Part shown: positions 1 through 9,987 of the stretch, piece by piece
Position numbering within the stretch: position 1 is the first letter of the stretch
Layout: each line of letters opens with the position of its first letter
Source: a virus
Strand: one strand, 5' to 3'
Virus record (IMG/VR): IMGVR_UViG_3300025117_000028
Coordinates: 59,916-123,915 of that record
DNA length: 64,000 bases
Made by a program: the position numbers and the translations under genes
The notes under the pieces: generated by a model
What the model was told of the DNA's origin: nothing
Databases searched by the model: none
The model's input: the letters and a program-made list of their open reading frames with translations, nothing else

Positions 1-2188
1 TTCTACTGCTACCGATCCACTTTTAACATATGATCCAACTTTTGATAATGTTTGTTGTGTCAGAGAGGGGGACGATAGTGATTTAGCCATGGTCCGCTGC
101 CAGGGAGTTAAGTTCCATGATGATAGTATCTCAACAGTTGTTGGACTAGAAGCTTCGGATAAACAACTGTGGACAGAAACATTTGAAAACTTTACTGTTA
201 TGAACGGGACTTATACTCTAAAGTCCCCTCCTCGTGCAGTTCATTATCACATGAATGAAAATGCCGGTGGAACTATTGCAGATTGTTCAGGAAATAGTAG
301 AACTGGCACTTTATCAAATACCAGTTGGGTCACTGGTAAAACTGGAAGTGGATTAGGTTTTGACGGACTACAGAGTTCTTTTACATTAGCCAATTCCTTA
401 AAGACAGTTTTTAATGCTCATGCAGGTGACGCAGCCGAACACAATACGACTAGTACTCCTATTTCCTCTGCTAATGCGACAACAATTACTACTCTCATTG
501 CTTTAACTACTGAACTACTTACAGATTATACAACTCACGATGATGATGTCGATAATAGTCCTCCGACTATACATATTACATCTTCGGCTTTAAATGCATT
601 GGCTTCAACAGCAGCTCCGACAACTCCCGCAGAGTGTGTCACAAGACTAAATGATATCAAAGCCAAATATAATTTACACGACGCCGACGCGACTTCACAT
701 ACTACCGGAGGAACCCATCAGGAAAGTACAGTAAATGCAGTAGATCCAGGTTACGTCTCTATCGGCGACTATTGTCAATATGAACAAACAGATTCTTGGA
801 CAGTAAAATTTTTTAGTAGAGTTCCTACTGCGTCGTCTACTATTCGGCCAGTAGTTGGGCGTGTAAATGTAGTTGCTGCCGATAGATATATAGGCTGGAG
901 GATCTGGTTCGATACTGGTGGTAATCTAAATTTTGGATTGTTTGCCGATACTGCTGGTGCTGCTTATAGAAAAATTTGGACAAGTTATTATACTAATAGT
1001 ACATCATATAAATTATGGACATTATGCTATGATGGGGTTACAAGTTCTCTAAGATTATATGTCGATTCTAGTAATATTGGACATACGGTTACAACAAATA
1101 CATTAGGAACAAGAAGTATTAGCCATAGTGGGGATATTCTTTATGTTGGGAAAAGTAGCGAATATTATTTTCATGGTTACATGGATGAGTTAGTAGTATT
1201 CGATCATAATTATTATAATATCCCAACTACTCAGATGGCAAACCAAACATATCAATGGACACAAGTTCTTAACAAAGAAAGTGAGAATAATTACCTAAGA
1301 TATGAGTGCATGCAAGGAACGGGTTATACAGGGATGACTCGCCTTAATACTACTGACTGGGGCGCCATAACAAGTATAACCGTATCTGCTATTGCTCCGA
1401 CAAATACTGAAATACGTTTTCTCTTTTCTAAAGACTTAGGAAGTACCTGGCAACGATATATAGCAGGATGGAGTACTATTGCTTTAGTGAATCTAGTGCC
1501 AGACGGAAATAGTTCCAGTAGCGTTACGGCTATTACTGCTGGACAATGGGCAACTTGGTTTGCTTCAGGAACACTAGACATTGTTTGTTTCTTAAAAACT
1601 TCTGAGTGTCAGGTTACACCCACTATAAATAGTATAACTATAGTACACGATGGAATTACAGAGGAAGCAACTTTTACTCCTAAAGTATATTTAGGTAATA
1701 CAACTAGGCCGCATTTAGAGTCTAAAACAACAACAGATCTAGATTTATCTGGTTGTGTTTTGACAGCAGATACTTCTCATGCAGAATGTTATATCAGTAC
1801 TGCTCTTACAACTACTCTAGATGTTAATGATACATTCGAGAAAGTTGTTTGTAGAACTACTGCTGGAGATTTGGCCAACTTTACCCATAATGGCATAGGA
1901 AGATTAACTTACAAAGGATCAAACCCTAAAACTTTTAAGGTAACCGCAACAGTTAGTGCCACTTCCGATACTGATGCTCGGCTACTTAGTGCTATGATAT
2001 ATAAAAGTGGAGTAGCTGTTACTAGTACACAAATAGATAATTATATTGTAACGGGCGCTAACGCTGTAACTTTGCAAGTCCAAGGGTTGATAGAATTAGT
2101 GGCCGATGATTATATAGAAATTTATGCCGCCGTTAATACTGCTACCGTCTTACTTACTGTTACTAAAATGTCTTTAACGATATATTGA
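1..2188 (+). CDS. Virion/tail protein with LamG (concanavalin A-like) domain; 5'-truncated by the window edge
   Basis: The frame is open from base 2 (STATDPLLTYDPTFDNV...) into the ATG at 89. LamG-like motifs VHYHMNENAGGTIADCSGNSRTGTL...GLGFDG and YFHGYMDELVVFD; Ser/Thr rich. Confidence 0.75.
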   Translation, partial: STATDPLLTYDPTFDNVCCVREGDDSDLAMVRCQGVKFHDDSISTVVGLEASDKQLWTETFENFTVMNGTYTLKSPPRAVHYHMNENAGGTIADCSGNSRTGTLSNTSWVTGKTGSGLGFDGLQSSFTLANSLKTVFNAHAGDAAEHNTTSTPISSANATTITTLIALTTELLTDYTTHDDDVDNSPPTIHITSSALNALASTAAPTTPAECVTRLNDIKAKYNLHDADATSHTTGGTHQESTVNAVDPGYVSIGDYCQYEQTDSWTVKFFSRVPTASSTIRPVVGRVNVVAADRYIGWRIWFDTGGNLNFGLFADTAGAAYRKIWTSYYTNSTSYKLWTLCYDGVTSSLRLYVDSSNIGHTVTTNTLGTRSISHSGDILYVGKSSEYYFHGYMDELVVFDHNYYNIPTTQMANQTYQWTQVLNKESENNYLRYECMQGTGYTGMTRLNTTDWGAITSITVSAIAPTNTEIRFLFSKDLGSTWQRYIAGWSTIALVNLVPDGNSSSSVTAITAGQWATWFASGTLDIVCFLKTSECQVTPTINSITIVHDGITEEATFTPKVYLGNTTRPHLESKTTTDLDLSGCVLTADTSHAECYISTALTTTLDVNDTFEKVVCRTTAGDLANFTHNGIGRLTYKGSNPKTFKVTATVSATSDTDARLLSAMIYKSGVAVTSTQIDNYIVTGANAVTLQVQGLIELVADDYIEIYAAVNTATVLLTVTKMSLTIY

Positions 2189-2189
2189 T

Positions 2190-2474
2190 ATGACTAAAAA
2201 AATCGAAAAAAAACTTCCGTCAGAATTTCAAATTACAAATGAACAATTTCTTTTGTATAAGAATATTATTTTGCAAATTGAGAATTTGAGGCTTAGATTT
2301 AAATTAGATTTGCAAGAATTAGATAATAAATTGTTGATCTTCAAAAGCGGTTTGGCCGATTCCAAGAATATTCCAACTTTAGAAGAATTAAATTGTTATG
2401 TTCTAGACGAGAAAAATTTAACCTTTCATTTATCAAAACCTAAAATTGAAGAGTTAATGAATGGGAATCCTTAA
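2190..2474 (+). CDS. Hypothetical protein, possible tail-fibre chaperone (coiled-coil)
   Basis: 94 aa, tightly coupled between tail genes; heptad-like segment. Confidence 0.5.
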   Translation: MTKKIEKKLPSEFQITNEQFLLYKNIILQIENLRLRFKLDLQELDNKLLIFKSGLADSKNIPTLEELNCYVLDEKNLTFHLSKPKIEELMNGNP

Positions 2475-3795
2475 TAGTTCATATACTCCTTACCCTTTTT
2501 CTATAAAAAAGGATTTTGTAACTACGGTTATTGCAAAACACATTAACGATCTTCAAGATGCGGTTAATGAGATTGTGCGCTTTTTGCGTCAACCAGGAGC
2601 CCTAAGTAATACAGTTTGGGATGTAGTTGTCACTCCTTATTTAAGTTCTCGTAATGTTTCAGTTCAAACAGCAATAGAAGAAATTTGCGGTTGGTTAGAT
2701 ACCTACTATAGCGGTGTTAGTTTCCCGGGAAATGCACTAAAAGTACTTAGAGTAAATGTTACTGAAACAGGATTAGAAGCTGTTGACGCTGGAGATGCAG
2801 TTGCAGATGCCTCTAATACAGTCGGAGATAAAACTACAACTCAAATGGAGTGTTCTAGAATTACTTTTTCCGATGATACGTATATTGAAACCGCCACCAA
2901 CAAAATTAAATATGAATTCGAGTTAGACCCAGATGAACAATATATCATAGATTTAGGTGCTGGAAATGAAATAACAGATAACAAATATTTATTTCAGTTG
3001 TTAGAGAAACCAACTACTGTTATCCCAGACGATGTAAACTATGATCTATATGAAGGAACTGCCCAAATCAATTGGAATACAGGAGATCTATTAAGTACTG
3101 ATTGGACAAGAGTAACAGATACTGGTAGTCAAGCAGACGGATATAGTCATCTAGGAAGAACAGTTTTATATCTCGTTACTCCAAGAGATGGTGCTGGTCT
3201 TGCCAATGGAGCACACAAAATAAATTGTGGCCCTCTTGATGCTTCTGATTATTACTTCCGATTAGGGTTAAGAACATCTGGTTTAGGAGCTTGGCCCGGA
3301 GGTGCAGGTTATTCAAATTCATTATGGATTGCTATCTCATGTAGTGCTTTAGCATATATTCATATCCAAATATTTTCTGATGGAATTTATTATTTAAATT
3401 TAGTGGGCGGAACATTTGTTAAGGCTTGTGATTGGACTGAAGATGTTTACCATGACATTGTTTTTAACTTTGATGGTTCAGTTGCAGGAGATGGAATCGC
3501 AATCAAAAATCTGTGGGTAGATGGGACTCTAGAAGGCTCTAGCTTTTTGAATTCAATGAGAGGGTCTGCTTGTACTCCTCAAATGGTTACTGTCTACAGT
3601 TATTCTACTGTTAATACTGGAGGCAATGAATATATTTATATAGATAAGATGGCTTTAGGGACACGCAACTATACTACTTATGCAGTTCCGGTTAATCCCG
3701 AAGACTATACTTTAGAATTAAGAGATGGACGTTATTTAGAAATAGTAAATAATAGAACTATTACTACAAGTCTTGTTGGAGTTTTAACAAGATGA
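2461..3795 (+). CDS. Putative tail fibre/baseplate-associated protein (paralog 1)
   Basis: N-terminal AKHINDLQDAVNEI motif and beta-rich C-terminus; paralogous to the next gene. Confidence 0.6.
   Translation: MGILNSSYTPYPFSIKKDFVTTVIAKHINDLQDAVNEIVRFLRQPGALSNTVWDVVVTPYLSSRNVSVQTAIEEICGWLDTYYSGVSFPGNALKVLRVNVTETGLEAVDAGDAVADASNTVGDKTTTQMECSRITFSDDTYIETATNKIKYEFELDPDEQYIIDLGAGNEITDNKYLFQLLEKPTTVIPDDVNYDLYEGTAQINWNTGDLLSTDWTRVTDTGSQADGYSHLGRTVLYLVTPRDGAGLANGAHKINCGPLDASDYYFRLGLRTSGLGAWPGGAGYSNSLWIAISCSALAYIHIQIFSDGIYYLNLVGGTFVKACDWTEDVYHDIVFNFDGSVAGDGIAIKNLWVDGTLEGSSFLNSMRGSACTPQMVTVYSYSTVNTGGNEYIYIDKMALGTRNYTTYAVPVNPEDYTLELRDGRYLEIVNNRTITTSLVGVLTR
2809..2840 (+). repeat. 32-bp near-identical repeat (second copy 4131-4162) between the tandem tail paralogs
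   Basis: gcctctaatacagt(c/t)ggagataaaactacaac. Confidence 0.85.
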
Positions 3796-5132
3796 GTATA
3801 TTAGATAGACGTTATTCCTTCTACCCTTTTGGAACAAAGTACGACAAGACCGATATATGTTTTGCCGAACATGTAAATGAACTCCAAGATTCTATACATG
3901 ATATTTGCGATTTTTTGCGAGGTACACACCCATATAATCTATGGGATTCAACTGCTGAAAATATAGTCGGGAGTAATAGTAACGTTATAGATTCCATAGA
4001 AAGTTTATGTTCTTATATTACTAGTGAACATAGTTCCATTGTTATATCTAGCCATTTGTTAGAAGGTATAATTGTTAATCTCGCAGAAACTCATTTAATC
4101 CCCGACGATTGGGGAGATATTGTTAGTAGCGCCTCTAATACAGTTGGAGATAAAACTACAACAGAATTAGAATGCGCAAAAATCACTTTCTCAGACGATA
4201 CTTATATTGAAACAACGGGCTTGAGTATCCATGAAATGGTTCTAGCAGTAGACGAACAAGGTCTTATTGATCTAGCGGGATATGAACCAAATACCGCTAA
4301 TCTTCAACATATTCAAATTTTAGAAAAACCAAAAACTGTTGTAAAAGATTCTGTCAATTATCATCTTAAAGAAGATGACGCTTATATAGGATGGGCCGAC
4401 GGAGAGTTATTAACTACTTATTGGAATATAGTTTTAGGCACTGGAACAGTAGATGACGGGATTAGTGATGCTGGCCGTGACGTTTTATATCTTTTAAGTA
4501 GTCGTTCAGCCGCTGAATATAATGGAGCCTATAAGACTAATTGTGGAAGCCTTAGTGTAGATAATATTGGATTACGTTTCAAATTAAAAACAAATAATTT
4601 CTCTAATGGGGCAGTTGGAGTAGATGAAAATACTACTTTAAAATTGGAATTAGTTCCAACTGATTCCACGCTTATTACTGTTTTTATTTATGAAGATAGT
4701 ATTTACTACCGCCCAAATCTTGGACCATTTATATACATATGTCCTTGGACAGCCGATGTCTATCATGATTTATTTTTTAAATTAGATGGAACTGCGGCTG
4801 CCGGAGGAATTGGAATTAAAGAAGTGTGGGTAGATAAAGTTTTGCAAGCATCAAATTTAGCAAGTTCCATGAGATCTTCTGTAGGAACTGGAAACAGTGT
4901 CTGGATGCGACTAAGAGGTAAAACCGCTGGTAATCCTGACATGCCAGGATCTGCCCATGCTTATATAGATTCTATAATTCTAGGAAGCGTAGACAATGAT
5001 ACTTATGCCGTCCCATATATAGGGTCTAGTTTTACAATGGACGCCTTAGATAATAGATATTATTATATTACTAATAACAATTCGACCGATAAGAGTATTG
5101 CTGTAGTATTTCAAAACGAAGGTAATTTATGA
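3792..5132 (+). CDS. Putative tail fibre/baseplate-associated protein (paralog 2)
   Basis: AEHVNELQDSIHDI motif; shares ASNTVGDKTTT.EC..ITFSDDTYIET with paralog 1; ATGA overlap. Confidence 0.6.
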   Translation: MSILDRRYSFYPFGTKYDKTDICFAEHVNELQDSIHDICDFLRGTHPYNLWDSTAENIVGSNSNVIDSIESLCSYITSEHSSIVISSHLLEGIIVNLAETHLIPDDWGDIVSSASNTVGDKTTTELECAKITFSDDTYIETTGLSIHEMVLAVDEQGLIDLAGYEPNTANLQHIQILEKPKTVVKDSVNYHLKEDDAYIGWADGELLTTYWNIVLGTGTVDDGISDAGRDVLYLLSSRSAAEYNGAYKTNCGSLSVDNIGLRFKLKTNNFSNGAVGVDENTTLKLELVPTDSTLITVFIYEDSIYYRPNLGPFIYICPWTADVYHDLFFKLDGTAAAGGIGIKEVWVDKVLQASNLASSMRSSVGTGNSVWMRLRGKTAGNPDMPGSAHAYIDSIILGSVDNDTYAVPYIGSSFTMDALDNRYYYITNNNSTDKSIAVVFQNEGNL

Positions 5133-7531
5133 AAAATTATGGGGATTTAAATTTTGTAAATAGTGCTGAGGCACAATTTGGGACATATTCTACCGGCGGC
5201 TATCCATTAATTATGTATGGAGATACTGCAAGCGATACAATATTCTTGCAAAGGACGATCACTACTCCTTCCGCTTCTACGACCTTTGAAATTATAGATA
5301 TAGATACTTTCAACTTTACGTCTTCTGCAGCAGCAGTAACCAATGGTTATGAGATAGAATTTATTTCTCCTGACGCTTCTGCGGCTGGAGTTGGAGGTAG
5401 TTTCAAGTTTACTTTTGGAGATGGATACTTCGGAGATATTGATGGTTCTTTAATACTATCTAACCCATATAGGGTAGATGTAGATGAAGCCTTTTTCATT
5501 ACTCAAGGACAAGGAAGTTTATATACAGGTTCCCTTGGTTTTGTTAATCCAAGTGTAAATAAAAACTCTTCTGTTCCTTGTACTGGCGTAAAAGCTCTTG
5601 CAGTTTTTGGTCATGATGGAACAAATTACATGGAAAGTTCTTTGTTTTCTTTTGATTACTTGGCAAACAAATATCTTTACATTGGAGGTCCAGGAACCTC
5701 TAATAAAATATTATTTGGCCCACAAGTAAATTGGTGGAGTGATAGCTTTACCAGTGGAAAAACTGGAGCAACAACTGCCTTTTTAGCAAGCAGTACAGTT
5801 TATTTTGATGGAGGGACAGGATATTTCCAAGGTATTAGTGGATATAAATCAACCGTACAAACTCAAACAGATTTCATTCTTAAAGCTGGTGACGCTGTTA
5901 CTGGAGCAATTGAAGGTGGAAGTCTCTTTTTACAACAAGGGGCGCCGGGTTGGGGGGGTGCGCCTACTCCTGAAAGAGGAGTTATTTTAGTTGCTTATAA
6001 ACCAAATGATGTGACACCATATACAATTGGATTTTTTGGAAAGGATAGTTCAACAACCTGTCCCCAAAGTATTGCTTTTGGACCGTGTCAGCCTTCGGGG
6101 TATACAGCAGCAACACCCAATCTAGGTCGGACAGACAATCGTTGGGGAACTCTTTATTGTAAATATGATTTAGAAGGTAATGAGGTTGCAATAGACCTTA
6201 TTGGAAACATTCGTTTTGATAATACTTACTCAGGTACAATTTTTGGAGAAGACAAAGCCTCAGGAACAGGAACTTCTTTAACGATACAAGCGGGTGGTGG
6301 TGGGACAGGAGTTGGCGGAATTCTATACCTCAAAGGAGGATCTGGAGCTAGTGCAACCGGTAATGTATGTATACAATCCAACACAACAAATTACTTAACT
6401 CTAGACGCAGATGAGTTTTATCCTTCCGAAACAAACACTATCTCATTAGGTATTAGTACTTCTAAACGTTGGTCTAATATATATACTCATATGTTAGATA
6501 TAAAAACACAAAATGACACACATGTTCCATTAGCTATTCAGAACGCAAGTGGAATAAGTACTTTTCAAATAGCAGGTTCTGGCAGTAATTATAATATTAC
6601 TGCTGCAGCTCAAAGTTTCACTATGAGTACTACTGGCGATTGTACTATTCAACCAGGTGGGTCTATTGGCAACAACATGACTCTTATTGCCGGGACTACT
6701 AGTAGTGGGGATGGAGGTACTTTATACCTTAAAGGTGGAGTTGGTGTTGCTAATGGCGGAAATATTGTTGTTCAAACTGGAGTACAAGGAACAACTACAG
6801 TTAGTCTTAAACATTATGTCACTAGCGTCTCTAAGACAGTAACATGGGGAAATAATTGTTTATACCCAGGTAATTCTTCTTATGATCTAGGAGCAACAAC
6901 TAATCCTTGGGGAGACCTCCATCTTGTAGGAGACATTTCCGCTGCTTCTATGACATTAACCGGAGATGCAACACTCAAAGATTTATATCTTACTGGTAAT
7001 TGTTATGTAGATAGCGCTATGGTTATCAGCGGAACTACACAAACTTGGGTTGGCTCTGGCGGTGTTGATACTAATGGAGTAGTTGATGGAGCCGGAGGGT
7101 TCAAAATAAATGGAGCGAGTACTGTCTCTAATACTAACCAGTTTAATGGAGCCGGGGGTGTCAATACCAGTGCATCAATCACTTCATCAGGAACATATAT
7201 TGCAGGTACAGGATCATGTTATGGTAGTTTTGCTGGTGGTGTCCAATCTGGTGGCACTAGTACTGCTTTTCGAAAGATAAGATGGGAAACCGTAAGTGGA
7301 TTATATATAAGTACTTCGGAATTTTCTGTGAATTGGACCCGAGGAAGCAAAGTAATAGTAGGAATCAGTGCTATTTGGTTCGACAATGATGCAGCAACTT
7401 ATTATGTTTTACCGTCACATAGTCATGATACAACTGCTTACTATACTGGAACTGCATTTAAAGCTACAAATACAGCAGATTTCCTAGCAGCAGATACAGT
7501 AACATTTACAGTATATTACTATATACCTTAA
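5129..7531 (+). CDS. Gly/Ser/Thr-rich tail fibre protein
   Basis: 800 aa; repeated L.I.AG....GG.LYL.GG and LG....W..(L/I)(Y/H) motifs typical of fibre shafts. Confidence 0.7.
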   Translation: MKNYGDLNFVNSAEAQFGTYSTGGYPLIMYGDTASDTIFLQRTITTPSASTTFEIIDIDTFNFTSSAAAVTNGYEIEFISPDASAAGVGGSFKFTFGDGYFGDIDGSLILSNPYRVDVDEAFFITQGQGSLYTGSLGFVNPSVNKNSSVPCTGVKALAVFGHDGTNYMESSLFSFDYLANKYLYIGGPGTSNKILFGPQVNWWSDSFTSGKTGATTAFLASSTVYFDGGTGYFQGISGYKSTVQTQTDFILKAGDAVTGAIEGGSLFLQQGAPGWGGAPTPERGVILVAYKPNDVTPYTIGFFGKDSSTTCPQSIAFGPCQPSGYTAATPNLGRTDNRWGTLYCKYDLEGNEVAIDLIGNIRFDNTYSGTIFGEDKASGTGTSLTIQAGGGGTGVGGILYLKGGSGASATGNVCIQSNTTNYLTLDADEFYPSETNTISLGISTSKRWSNIYTHMLDIKTQNDTHVPLAIQNASGISTFQIAGSGSNYNITAAAQSFTMSTTGDCTIQPGGSIGNNMTLIAGTTSSGDGGTLYLKGGVGVANGGNIVVQTGVQGTTTVSLKHYVTSVSKTVTWGNNCLYPGNSSYDLGATTNPWGDLHLVGDISAASMTLTGDATLKDLYLTGNCYVDSAMVISGTTQTWVGSGGVDTNGVVDGAGGFKINGASTVSNTNQFNGAGGVNTSASITSSGTYIAGTGSCYGSFAGGVQSGGTSTAFRKIRWETVSGLYISTSEFSVNWTRGSKVIVGISAIWFDNDAATYYVLPSHSHDTTAYYTGTAFKATNTADFLAADTVTFTVYYYIP

Positions 7532-7540
7532 GGAGTATTT

Positions 7541-8083
7541 ATGCTTAAGTTCATTTACTGGTTGTGGATGTTTTCTAGCTGGGTTATGAAATTTTGGTAT
7601 AATATCCGTTATGTTTTTAAAAAAAAGCAAGCACTCAAAGACCTGAAAGCTTGGGAAAAAACTTTTGCCGAGTGTGAATCTCTAGATGATATTAGTAAAC
7701 AGTTAAGTATCGCTCCCTTGCGATGGAAGTCAGATTATTTTGGTGGGACCTTAGATAATATATCTGAACCTTGGGTGACTCTTGCTGCTAAAGGTGGAGA
7801 CTGCGATAGTCTTGCAAGACTATGGTCTCATCTCTTAGAATTCTGTCCTATCGTCACTGACGTTTATCAGTTTGCTATGGTTGAAGGAGTTCGCGGCCAT
7901 GTTGTTGTCGTATTTAAAATGAGAGACAATCATAGATGGTTTGTAATAAGTAATTTCTTCCTTCTTGGATCTACATATGTTAAATTCTCTACGATAGGAG
8001 ATCGTTTTTATCGTTATTTTAGTCATGGATATCTTTACGACAACAATCTAAAACTAATACAAATAGTAAAACCAGGAGATTAA
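7541..8083 (+). CDS. Transglutaminase-like cysteine protease fold protein
   Basis: GGDCDSLA (catalytic Cys) and GHVVVVF (His) motifs; hydrophobic N-terminus. Confidence 0.6.
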   Translation: MLKFIYWLWMFSSWVMKFWYNIRYVFKKKQALKDLKAWEKTFAECESLDDISKQLSIAPLRWKSDYFGGTLDNISEPWVTLAAKGGDCDSLARLWSHLLEFCPIVTDVYQFAMVEGVRGHVVVVFKMRDNHRWFVISNFFLLGSTYVKFSTIGDRFYRYFSHGYLYDNNLKLIQIVKPGD

Positions 8084-8497
8084 ATGTACTTTAGTCCCGA
8101 AGAAAGAATTGCTAGAAGAGTAGGAAAGTTCAAACCTAAAACTATGAGTAAAGAATTTCCTATTAATTCTAATCATGTAAAAGAGATATCTGTTATTCGG
8201 GAAGTTAAAATTGTAGAACAGTTTGACAAGAAAAAGTTAAATGATATTGCGCGCGAATTAGCTAAAGAAATACTAAAAGAAATTTTAGCCTTAATTCCGC
8301 AACAACAATTAAAAGAAATTTCAAATAATATTGATAACTTAAAACCCAAAGGTTTAGATTTACAAATACCTATATTACCTGATAAAATAAAGGTTGAGAG
8401 AGTTGCTCCAGATGGGCTTGATAATGTCAAAGTCCAATCTCAGACAACTAGTTCAGACATAGATAATATCCTTGCAAAATTAGCAGGAGTTTTATGA
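8084..8497 (+). CDS. Hypothetical protein, possible partner/adaptor of the actin-like ATPase
   Basis: 137 aa; ATGA overlap with the actin gene; amphipathic C-terminal DIDNILAKL. Confidence 0.5.
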   Translation: MYFSPEERIARRVGKFKPKTMSKEFPINSNHVKEISVIREVKIVEQFDKKKLNDIARELAKEILKEILALIPQQQLKEISNNIDNLKPKGLDLQIPILPDKIKVERVAPDGLDNVKVQSQTTSSDIDNILAKLAGVL

Positions 8498-9534
8498 GTT
8501 TTTTCGGTCTTGATGTTGGTACTTCTAACTTAGTTTCCGCTTATGAATTAGGCGGAAAAATTCTTTATAAGAAAGTTAGAGATGCCTTTTATGTAATAAA
8601 TTTAGACAAAGGGATAGGAATAAATCCTTTACAAGCCGCTGGTGTTTCGTATCTAGAACAAGATGGCAAGATTTTTTTGTTAGGTGACGATGCGGTACGG
8701 TTTGCTGCTGGACAAAACCAACAGGCCAGACGCCCCATGAAGAATGGTCTTATATCTGATATAGACCTAGAGGCTGAAGGTATGATGATAAAGCTTTTAA
8801 GTGCGGTTACTTCTAACATACCAGAAGGAAGTATCGTGAAATTTTCTATCCCTGCCAAACAGTTGGGAGCAGATGATAGTCCATTGGTTATTCATTCGGA
8901 AATTATACAAGACATTTTACAGACATTAGGGTTTAAAGGAAGTCCAATAAATGAGGCTGCTTGTGTAGTTTTATCTGAATTGGCCGAATTAAAATTTACT
9001 GGTTTAGCTATTTCTGCTGGTGGTGGATTAATTAATTCTACGATTTGTAATCTTGGCCAACCCTTATCTGATTTCACTTTCAGTATACAGGGCTCTGGAG
9101 ATAAGATAGATCAGATAGTTGCTAATTCTTTACGAGGGCTTGGAGTCTCAACGACTTCTATTACTTTAGCCAAAGAAAGAATGAGTAAAGAGAAACGGGG
9201 TATTTATAATCCTGCAGGCAGAAATTCCAAAGAGCAAAGAATAGAGAAAGGTATTGCCTCTGCCTATAAGAGTATTATAGATAATTTCGTTGACAATTTA
9301 GAGATGGTATTTGCAACTTCTCACAATATTCCAAACTTTGAAGATAAACTAGCCTTTGTAGTTGCTGGAGGAACCGCTTTAATGCCTGGGTTCTGTGATT
9401 ATTTAAATGAAGCAATGGCGCGCAAAAAATTTCCTATAGAAATAGATCAGGCCCATTTAGCTTCTGAGCCACTAGATTGTGTGGCAAAAGGTGCTTTAAT
9501 TGCTGCGAGGTTGACAAATGGCCAATCAATTTAA
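8494..9534 (+). CDS. Actin-like ATPase (actin/Hsp70/MreB superfamily)
   Basis: Phosphate-1 GLDVGTSN, connect-1 PINEA, phosphate-2 AISAGGG, adenosine VAGGT and connect-2 VAKGAL motifs. Confidence 0.85.
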   Translation: MSFFGLDVGTSNLVSAYELGGKILYKKVRDAFYVINLDKGIGINPLQAAGVSYLEQDGKIFLLGDDAVRFAAGQNQQARRPMKNGLISDIDLEAEGMMIKLLSAVTSNIPEGSIVKFSIPAKQLGADDSPLVIHSEIIQDILQTLGFKGSPINEAACVVLSELAELKFTGLAISAGGGLINSTICNLGQPLSDFTFSIQGSGDKIDQIVANSLRGLGVSTTSITLAKERMSKEKRGIYNPAGRNSKEQRIEKGIASAYKSIIDNFVDNLEMVFATSHNIPNFEDKLAFVVAGGTALMPGFCDYLNEAMARKKFPIEIDQAHLASEPLDCVAKGALIAARLTNGQSI

Positions 9535-9745
9535 AGGTTTTATAGACAATATTAGTTTAATTGTTCAAATTATTATAGTCATAGGTGCTCTTTTAGGTTT
9601 GACTGGCTGGGCTTTAACAGAAGCTAGAAGTTATACAGATCTTCAAATTGAAGCAGTCGAAAAGTATAATATTACTGTACAAAATGACACAATTAAAAGA
9701 CTAGATAGAATTGAAAATAAACTAGACCGAATGCTAGAAAAATGA
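9518..9745 (+). CDS. Small single-TM protein, holin/XhlA-like
   Basis: One TM helix followed by coiled-coil LDRIENKLDRML. Confidence 0.45.
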   Translation: MANQFKGFIDNISLIVQIIIVIGALLGLTGWALTEARSYTDLQIEAVEKYNITVQNDTIKRLDRIENKLDRMLEK

Positions 9746-9987
9746 AATGGTTAACTGATCCTAAAGATAATACTCCCTCAGTAAGTTTAACACTCTTATT
9801 AGTAGCTTTCATGGCTACACTAGTATGTGTTTTATTTGGAGGTTCCAGCTTTTTACTAGGATCTATGACCATAGTTATTCCTAGCGCAGACACAACATTT
9901 TTAGCCACTATTGCTGGATTATATTTTACTCGACGCAATATTACATTTGGATTTAAAAGTTCTAATATAGAGAGACCAGAAATATGA
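9742..9987 (+). CDS. Small two-TM membrane protein, holin-like
   Basis: 81 aa, two hydrophobic segments, charged C-tail. Confidence 0.45.
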   Translation: MKWLTDPKDNTPSVSLTLLLVAFMATLVCVLFGGSSFLLGSMTIVIPSADTTFLATIAGLYFTRRNITFGFKSSNIERPEI

